Below are positions 58,203 through 64,000 of a stretch of DNA of 64,000 nucleotides, piece by piece (positions within the stretch are counted from its first letter, which is position 1; each line of letters starts with the position of its first letter). This DNA is from an uncultured Thermodesulfobacteriota bacterium (GTDB lineage Bacteria > Desulfobacterota > GWC2-55-46 > JADFVP01): positions 905 to 64,904 of the forward strand of contig CAYOVP010000005.1 of assembly GCA_964407495.1 (NCBI GenBank), in the 5' to 3' direction. The notes under the pieces were generated by a model that saw only the letters and a list, made by a program, of their open reading frames with translations, made no database searches and had not been told where the DNA came from. The translations under genes and the position numbers were made by a program.

Positions 58203-58245
58203 GGTTTTCTTTGTCTTACTCTCTTTTTTCCAAAAGAAAGTAAGG
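58203..58245 (+). repeat. Intergenic palindromic repeat, copy 8
   Basis: 'ggttttctttgtcttactctcttttttccaaaagaaagtaagg', upstream of mfd. Confidence 0.8.
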
Positions 58246-58371
58246 TCTTTCAATGTGTTGGAAGGTTTCTCCGGGGCCCCCTTTTTTCACCTACTTTTTT
58301 CTCTTCTTTCTCTCTTTTTCACCTGATTTTGTGTTAGAATATATGGTTTCAACAACTCATCGAGATGGTTT

Positions 58372-61300
58372 ATGAAAAGAGAAGTTCTGAATAGGAGGGT
58401 ATGTTCCCTGGATGAGGCCCTGGAGGCCTCTTCGGCCATTGGCCCTGGGGAGAGACTCGTTGTAGGGGGTCTTCACGGCTCATCGGGTGCCTATGCGGTA
58501 GCCTCCTTCTTCAGGCGCTACGGCCGTGCCGTGCTCGTCGTGGCCGCTGATGAGAGGGCGGCTACGGCCATGGAGGAAGACCTTCTTTTTTTTCTCGGAA
58601 GTGACCATGTCTTTCTCTTTCCCTCTACCGAGGTCCTCCCCCTCTCGCTCAAGGCGCCGCATCCCGCCATTCTGGCAAAGAGAATGGAACTTAACCAGAA
58701 GATCCTGGAGGGCCGCCCCTTTATCACCATTACCTCTGCGCGAAACCTCATGCAGAGGATACCCCCGCTCCCAGCCCTTGAGAAGGGGATCACGAGGCTT
58801 GCACGTGGTGAGGAACATCCGCGTGACAACCTCGTACTGACCCTCGTGGAGCACGGGTTTACACGTGTGCCGATGGTGGAGGGCCCGGGCGAGATAAGCG
58901 TGAGGGGGGCCATAGTGGATATCTTTCCTCCTGGCCACGGCCTGCCTCTGAGGGTCGAGTTCTTCGGCGATACTGTAGAGTCGATACGCACCTTCAGCAC
59001 TGATACTCAGAGATCTGTGGAGCGCCTCGACGAGGCCATTATCCTGCCCGCAGGAGAGGCAGACCGTACAGAGGCGGCGCGGGCAAGGGCAAGGCGCAGA
59101 CTCATGGAGAGGGCCGCAGAACTGGGTCTCGACCCAAGTGCCTGGGAAGGTCTCTTCAGGGCCCTGAAGCAGGCCTCGCCGGAAAACGATGCCTATGGTC
59201 TCTACCCCCTGTTTCACGAGAGCCTCGAGCCCATCACAGAGCGTCTGCCAGAGGACACGGTGGTCTTTGTTCGGGAGAGGGCCAGCGTGGCTGAGGCACT
59301 GGAGGTATTCGAGGAAGAGGTACAGGAATGCGAGGCAAGGCTACGAGAGCGGGGAGAATTTTTTCTGCCTCCAGATGATCTCTACACCAGCGCAAGTGAG
59401 GCAGTCGAGATACTCGACAACTTTGCGGGCGTGGACCTAGAGGGCCTCGCTAACCCTGCCCCCCATGCCATCGAGGTGGCGACAAGAACGCAACTGGACC
59501 TCAGTGCCGAGATAAGACACGCAAAGACCGGCAGAGAACTACCCCTCCGGCCCCTTGCCTCTGCCATAGAAGAATGGCTCGGCAGGGGCGCGGCTGTCTG
59601 CATCTCAGCCCACAACAGGGCCCAGGCCGAGCGCACATCCGAACTCCTCGCTGGATATGAAATAGGTACGAGGCTCATAAAGGGGTCCGACTTTCTCGAT
59701 ATGAAGGCAGGCAGGGCCTACATTGCCGAGGGCTCGTTGTCTGCAGGCTTTCTCATGGAGGCCCCCTGCATAGCCATTGTCTCGGAAGAGGAGATCTTCG
59801 GCGCACGTGTAAAAAAGCGTCCGCCTCCCCGAAGACGTCCGGGTGAGACCTTGAGATCCCTCACTGACATGAAGGAGGGAGATATCGTGGTCCATACGCT
59901 CCACGGCGTGGGCATTTATCATGGCATCAAGAGACGCGCTGTAGAGGGTGTGGCCCGCGACTTCATCCTCATAGAGTATGAGGGCGGAGACAAACTCTAT
60001 CTTCCCGTGGAGAGGATGGACCTTCTGGTCAGGTATCATGGTTTCGAGGGCCGAGAGCGCCCTGCCCTCGACAGGCTCGGGGGATCGAGGTGGAAGAAGA
60101 CAAAGGGCAGGATAAAAAAATCCATAGAGGAGATGGCAGGCGAACTCCTGCGTCTCTATGCCGCGCGCCGCGCGGCCCCTGGGTTCGCCTTTTCTCCCCC
60201 AGACGCCATGTTCCACGAGTTCGAGGCTGCCTTCGAGTTCGAGGAGACTCCGGACCAGGCACAGGCCATAGAGGAGTGCATAAGAGACATGACCTCTGCG
60301 TCGCCCATGGACAGGCTCGTCTGTGGTGACGTGGGATACGGCAAGACAGAGGTGGCAATGAGGGCGGCCTTCAAGGCAGTGCTCGACAACAAACAGGTGG
60401 CAGTGCTCGTCCCAACAACAGTCCTTGCCCAGCAACACTACCTTACCTTTTCGAGGCGTTTCGGGCCATACCCTGTGAACATCGAGGTCCTGAGCCGGTT
60501 CAGGACCAGGAAGGAACAGGCCGGCACCCTCAAGCGTCTTGCAACCGGGGAGGTAGACATAATAATAGGGACCCACAGGCTCACGCAGGGGGATATAATC
60601 TTCAGGGACCTCGGTCTCGTCATCATAGACGAAGAACACAGATTCGGCGTACGCCAGAAGGAGCGTCTCAAGAAACTTCGCAGTACTGTTGATGTACTCG
60701 CCCTTACGGCCACCCCCATACCCCGTACGCTCCACATGTCGCTGGCGAGCATACGCGACCTCTCCATCATAAACACGGCCCCCGAGGACAGGTGCTCGGT
60801 ACGTACAGAGGTTCTTCGCTTTGACGAGGGCGTTATAAAAGACGCCATTGAGCGTGAGATGGACCGTGGGGGGCAGGTCTTCTTCGTACACAACAGGGTC
60901 CAGTCCATGGCGCCCCTCGAGGATATGCTCCGGCGGCTCCTGCCGCGTGCCAGGCTGGCCGTGGCCCATGGCCAGATGCGCGAGGCTGAACTCGAAAAAA
61001 AGATGCTCGACTTCGTGGCAGGCAAGGCAGACATACTCCTCTGCACAAATATAATCGAGTCTGGCCTCGATATCCCCAGGGCCAATACCATAATCATCAA
61101 CCGGGCCGAGTCCTTCGGCCTTGCCGAACTGTATCAACTTCGCGGGCGTGTTGGCCGGTCCAGCCACCGTGCATATGCCTACTTCATGATAGGCGAGAGC
61201 GCAAACCTCGGCCCAGAGGCGCGTAAACGCCTCGACGTCATCCGCGAACTCTCTGAGCCAGGCTCAGGGTTCAAGGTGGCGGCCTATGACCTCGAGATAC

Positions 61301-61917
61301 GCGGCGCAGGCGAACTCCTCGGCACCAACCAGTCGGGCAGGATCGCGGCAGTGGGGTTTGAGATGTACGCGCGCATACTGGAGGAAACAGTGCGCGAGAT
61401 GAAGGGCGAGCCCCTGGTGGAAGAAGAGCGGCCAGAGGTGAAACTCCGCGTCTCCGAGTTCATACCAGAGGACTACGTGCCCGACGCAGGGCAGAGGCTC
61501 GGACTCTACAAGCGCTTTGCCTGCATTGGCGGCGAGGCCGAACTCCGGGCCCTCGCAGAAGAGGTCCGCGACAGGTACGGGCCCCTGCCAGAGGTGGTGG
61601 AGAACATAGTGGAGACAGCGTCTCTCAGGCTTCTTCTAAAGCGCCTCGGCGCACGGGAACTCACCGAGAAGGCAGGGCGCATACACCTGAGTTTCAAGTT
61701 CAACGAGGCGGCCACGCAGAGCAGGAGAGAGGAAATACCAGTTGTCGACGAGGCCGTGGTCAGAAAGGCCCTCGAACTCGTGGCAGCCGACCCAGTGAAG
61801 TTTCGTATCACGGGAGACGGAAGGTTCTCTGTGCGTCTTGAGAGCAGGGACAAGAGCGTGGAGACGGCCCGATATGTATTGAAAGAACTTCTCGGCGAGT
61901 GTTATAGTGAGGTTTGA
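58372..61917 (+). CDS. mfd: Transcription-repair coupling factor
   Basis: 1181 aa. UvrB-like N-terminal region, RNAP-interacting domain, SF2 helicase motifs ('GDVGYGKTEVA', 'LVIIDEEHRFGV', 'TATPIPRTL') and a TRG motif region. Confidence 0.9.
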   Translation: MKREVLNRRVCSLDEALEASSAIGPGERLVVGGLHGSSGAYAVASFFRRYGRAVLVVAADERAATAMEEDLLFFLGSDHVFLFPSTEVLPLSLKAPHPAILAKRMELNQKILEGRPFITITSARNLMQRIPPLPALEKGITRLARGEEHPRDNLVLTLVEHGFTRVPMVEGPGEISVRGAIVDIFPPGHGLPLRVEFFGDTVESIRTFSTDTQRSVERLDEAIILPAGEADRTEAARARARRRLMERAAELGLDPSAWEGLFRALKQASPENDAYGLYPLFHESLEPITERLPEDTVVFVRERASVAEALEVFEEEVQECEARLRERGEFFLPPDDLYTSASEAVEILDNFAGVDLEGLANPAPHAIEVATRTQLDLSAEIRHAKTGRELPLRPLASAIEEWLGRGAAVCISAHNRAQAERTSELLAGYEIGTRLIKGSDFLDMKAGRAYIAEGSLSAGFLMEAPCIAIVSEEEIFGARVKKRPPPRRRPGETLRSLTDMKEGDIVVHTLHGVGIYHGIKRRAVEGVARDFILIEYEGGDKLYLPVERMDLLVRYHGFEGRERPALDRLGGSRWKKTKGRIKKSIEEMAGELLRLYAARRAAPGFAFSPPDAMFHEFEAAFEFEETPDQAQAIEECIRDMTSASPMDRLVCGDVGYGKTEVAMRAAFKAVLDNKQVAVLVPTTVLAQQHYLTFSRRFGPYPVNIEVLSRFRTRKEQAGTLKRLATGEVDIIIGTHRLTQGDIIFRDLGLVIIDEEHRFGVRQKERLKKLRSTVDVLALTATPIPRTLHMSLASIRDLSIINTAPEDRCSVRTEVLRFDEGVIKDAIEREMDRGGQVFFVHNRVQSMAPLEDMLRRLLPRARLAVAHGQMREAELEKKMLDFVAGKADILLCTNIIESGLDIPRANTIIINRAESFGLAELYQLRGRVGRSSHRAYAYFMIGESANLGPEARKRLDVIRELSEPGSGFKVAAYDLEIRGAGELLGTNQSGRIAAVGFEMYARILEETVREMKGEPLVEEERPEVKLRVSEFIPEDYVPDAGQRLGLYKRFACIGGEAELRALAEEVRDRYGPLPEVVENIVETASLRLLLKRLGARELTEKAGRIHLSFKFNEAATQSRREEIPVVDEAVVRKALELVAADPVKFRITGDGRFSVRLESRDKSVETARYVLKELLGECYSEV

Positions 61918-61933
61918 GATAGGACAGGCGGAT

Positions 61934-62848
61934 ATGAAGAAGTATGCATCTCTCCTACTCCTCGTCATTGGCCTGTGTTTCTTCCTGCCCGGCTGTGGCG
62001 GCAGAGACAAGAAGCCCCCTGACGAAGAGGTCATAATCAGCGTCGGCGGCAGGCCCATAACCCTTGCCCTGCTGAACGAGAGGGTAAAGCGCTATCTTGA
62101 CGGAGCGGCAGAGACCAGGGCCGTTCGCAAAGACGTTGCCGCTGAGTTGATAGAAGAAGAACTCATCCTCGGCGAGGCCGCCCGCCTTGGTCTCTCAATC
62201 CCTGCCGAGGAACTACGAAAAGAAGAGGCACGGCTCAGAGAGGAGACAGGGCCCGAGGGTTTCTACGACTCCATACGCTCGGCCTACGGGTCTATAGACA
62301 AGTGGAGAGAAGGACTCCGAAGACGACTCCTCATAGAGAAGACCATTGAGAAGGCCCTGGGGGCCAAGATAAGAGTTTCGAAGAAAGAGGCCCTTGATTA
62401 TTACTCCAGACACAAGAAGGACTATCTCCGAGCCGAGAAGGCGCACGCCCGTATGATAGTCCTGGCCACAGAAGAGGAGGCGCAGAAGGTGCGCTCAGGG
62501 CTCACAAGAAAGAACTTCGCCGAGACTGCGCGCAAGGTCTCCCTGAGTCCGGAGGCCAAGGACGGAGGAGACCTTGGCACATTCGCGCGCGGAGAGATGC
62601 CCGAAGAGTTCGAGAAGGCCGTCTTCGCCCTGAAGCCAGGCGAGATAAGCCAGATCGTCAAGACAGAGTACGGCTACCACATCTTTCTTCTCGAGTCCCG
62701 CATCCCGGCAAAGCGGCTCTCCTTCAAGGAGGCCGCCCCGGAAATATACGCCAAACTCCGGCGTATGAAGAGGGAGGCCCGTTTCGAGAGGTGGATGGAG
62801 GTACTGAAGAAAAAAACCGTAATAGACGTGAGAGAGGAGTTCCTGTGA
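61934..62848 (+). CDS. PpiC-type peptidyl-prolyl isomerase, lipoprotein, SurA N-domain-like
   Basis: Lipobox 'FLPGC' and a parvulin domain ('ARMIVLATEEEA...GGDLGTFARGEM...GYHIFLLESR'). Confidence 0.7.
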   Translation: MKKYASLLLLVIGLCFFLPGCGGRDKKPPDEEVIISVGGRPITLALLNERVKRYLDGAAETRAVRKDVAAELIEEELILGEAARLGLSIPAEELRKEEARLREETGPEGFYDSIRSAYGSIDKWREGLRRRLLIEKTIEKALGAKIRVSKKEALDYYSRHKKDYLRAEKAHARMIVLATEEEAQKVRSGLTRKNFAETARKVSLSPEAKDGGDLGTFARGEMPEEFEKAVFALKPGEISQIVKTEYGYHIFLLESRIPAKRLSFKEAAPEIYAKLRRMKREARFERWMEVLKKKTVIDVREEFL

Positions 62849-62874
62849 GAATAGCGAAGAGAAAGGAAGGGCCC

Positions 62875-63825
62875 ATGAGGGCAAGGGCGGCGGCCCTGCC
62901 GCTTGTCATCCTCGCCCTTATGACTCTCATTGGCGCGGGCGTGGCAGGAGCAAAGGTCCTGGACAGGATTGTTGCCGTAATCAACGACGAGGTGATAACG
63001 CTCTCTGAACTCAACGCCGCTGTGGCCCTTGCAAAGAGTTCTTTTGAGGATAACCCTGGTGAGAAAAAGGGCATGACTGTCTCGCGGGAAAAAATTCTCA
63101 ACAACCTGGTAAAGGAAAAACTCATCAAACAGGCCGCAGACGAGATGGGCATCGAGGTGAGCGAGGAGGAGATAGACAACGCCGTAAGGGAGATAAAAGA
63201 CCAGAACGGTTTTACTCAGAAGGAACTCCTCCTTGCCCTTGCCGGGAACGGCCTGACCCTTGACGAGTACAGGGCAAGACTCAAGGAGCAGATAAGGTCA
63301 GTAAAGTTCATGGACATGAAGTTCCGCTCGCGCATAGACATAAAGCCCGATGAGGTGGACAATTACTACAGGCAACACCTCGAGGAGTTCTATGGACCCC
63401 CCTCCTACAAGATAAGCATCATATTCATAGATGGCGAGGACAAGACAAGGATGAAAAAACGGGTGAACAAGGTCCTGAGGGGCCTGAAGAGGAAAAAACC
63501 CTTCGCAGAACTCGCCAGGCTCTACTCTGACGACGAGAGTTCCGCATCGGGCGGCGACCTCGGCTATGTCAAGGCAGGTGAACTGGACGAAGATCTTGAA
63601 CGCGCCATACTCAAACTCAACGTCGGCCAGGTGAGCCAGCCCATAAAAAAACCTGAAGGCACATACTTCGTAAAGTTCGTGGAATACAGGGCCGGTGAAC
63701 CCGCTCCGCTGAAAGACGTCCGGGGCAGGATATACCAGAAACTCTTTGACAGGACATACAACGAGATGGTCGAGTCCTGGTTCGAGGAAGAAAAACGCAT
63801 AGCCAACATAGACCTGAGGCTCTGA
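62875..63825 (+). CDS. surA: SurA-like periplasmic chaperone / PPIase
   Basis: Signal peptide, SurA N-terminal domain ('LDRIVAVINDEVITLSEL'), parvulin domain ('GGDLGYVKAGELDEDLERA'). Followed by pdxA as in the classical surA-pdxA synteny. Confidence 0.75.
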   Translation: MRARAAALPLVILALMTLIGAGVAGAKVLDRIVAVINDEVITLSELNAAVALAKSSFEDNPGEKKGMTVSREKILNNLVKEKLIKQAADEMGIEVSEEEIDNAVREIKDQNGFTQKELLLALAGNGLTLDEYRARLKEQIRSVKFMDMKFRSRIDIKPDEVDNYYRQHLEEFYGPPSYKISIIFIDGEDKTRMKKRVNKVLRGLKRKKPFAELARLYSDDESSASGGDLGYVKAGELDEDLERAILKLNVGQVSQPIKKPEGTYFVKFVEYRAGEPAPLKDVRGRIYQKLFDRTYNEMVESWFEEEKRIANIDLRL

Positions 63826-63837
63826 CCATGGCGAAAA

Positions 63838-64000
63838 AGCCAAAAATAGCCGTCACCATGGGCGACCCTGCGGGCGTTGGGCCCGAGATAGTCCTGAAGG
63901 CCGTTGCCGACGAGGATGTCCGGAAGGTGGCCGACCCCGTTGTCTATGGCTCGGTCGAGGCCCTTGAGATGGTGGCCGGGAGGCTCGGCCTCGATCTGCC
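63838..64000 (+). CDS. pdxA: 4-hydroxythreonine-4-phosphate dehydrogenase, N-terminal part (3' end outside window)
   Basis: 'KIAVTMGDPAGVGPEIVLKA' is the PdxA N-terminal signature. Confidence 0.8.

Noticed and set aside
1-64000. Mobile elements, integrases and transposases
   Set aside because: No transposase/integrase motifs (DDE, tyrosine recombinase R..H..R..Y) were recognised in any frame. The only repetitive DNA is the short palindromic repeat family.

Overview
GC-rich bacterial chromosomal segment (GC roughly 60% by eye) in which high GC is combined with frequent ATA(Ile) and AGG/AGA(Arg) codons, a thermophile-like pattern. Left to right: a 5'-truncated sensor histidine kinase; a translationally coupled minus-strand operon iscR, cysteine desulfurase, IscU, mnmA, MiaB-family methylthiotransferase, rnc and a radical SAM gene; and a ~17 kb hopanoid (hpn) locus. 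The hpn locus holds two MlaC-like HpnM paralogs, hpnN, a bifunctional NTP-transferase/CDP-alcohol phosphatidyltransferase (IPCT/DIPPS-like), an hpnL-like gene, a B12-radical SAM hpnJ-like gene, an extra radical SAM/SPASM gene, hpnA, ispH, hpnH, a PagL-like outer-membrane protein, hpnG and shc. It is followed by ino1 (myo-inositol-1-phosphate synthase), an mlaC-A-D-F-E operon, and an exopolysaccharide-type operon (HEAT-repeat membrane protein, PgaC-like GT2 synthase, TPR/beta-barrel porin, CX5R phosphatase). Further right lie a Spy/CpxP-like periplasmic protein, a PilZ protein, an RsbW-like/GNAT fusion, radC, a luxI/luxR quorum-sensing module with a canonical lux box and a truncated second luxR, a tri-heme cytochrome c, rnj, plsC, ssb, a U32 peptidase, an FmdB zinc-ribbon gene, an IMPase, a holin-like gene, an ankyrin protein, 2-oxoacid dehydrogenase E2/E1beta/E1alpha, mfd, two SurA-like PPIases and the pdxA start. 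A ~43-bp palindromic intergenic repeat family occurs at least 8 times. No tRNA/rRNA, CRISPR array or transposase was recognised. The most notable point is that CDP-inositol/di-myo-inositol-phosphate genes (IPCT/DIPPS fusion, ino1) are embedded in or abut the hopanoid locus, together with an uncharacterised radical SAM/SPASM gene.
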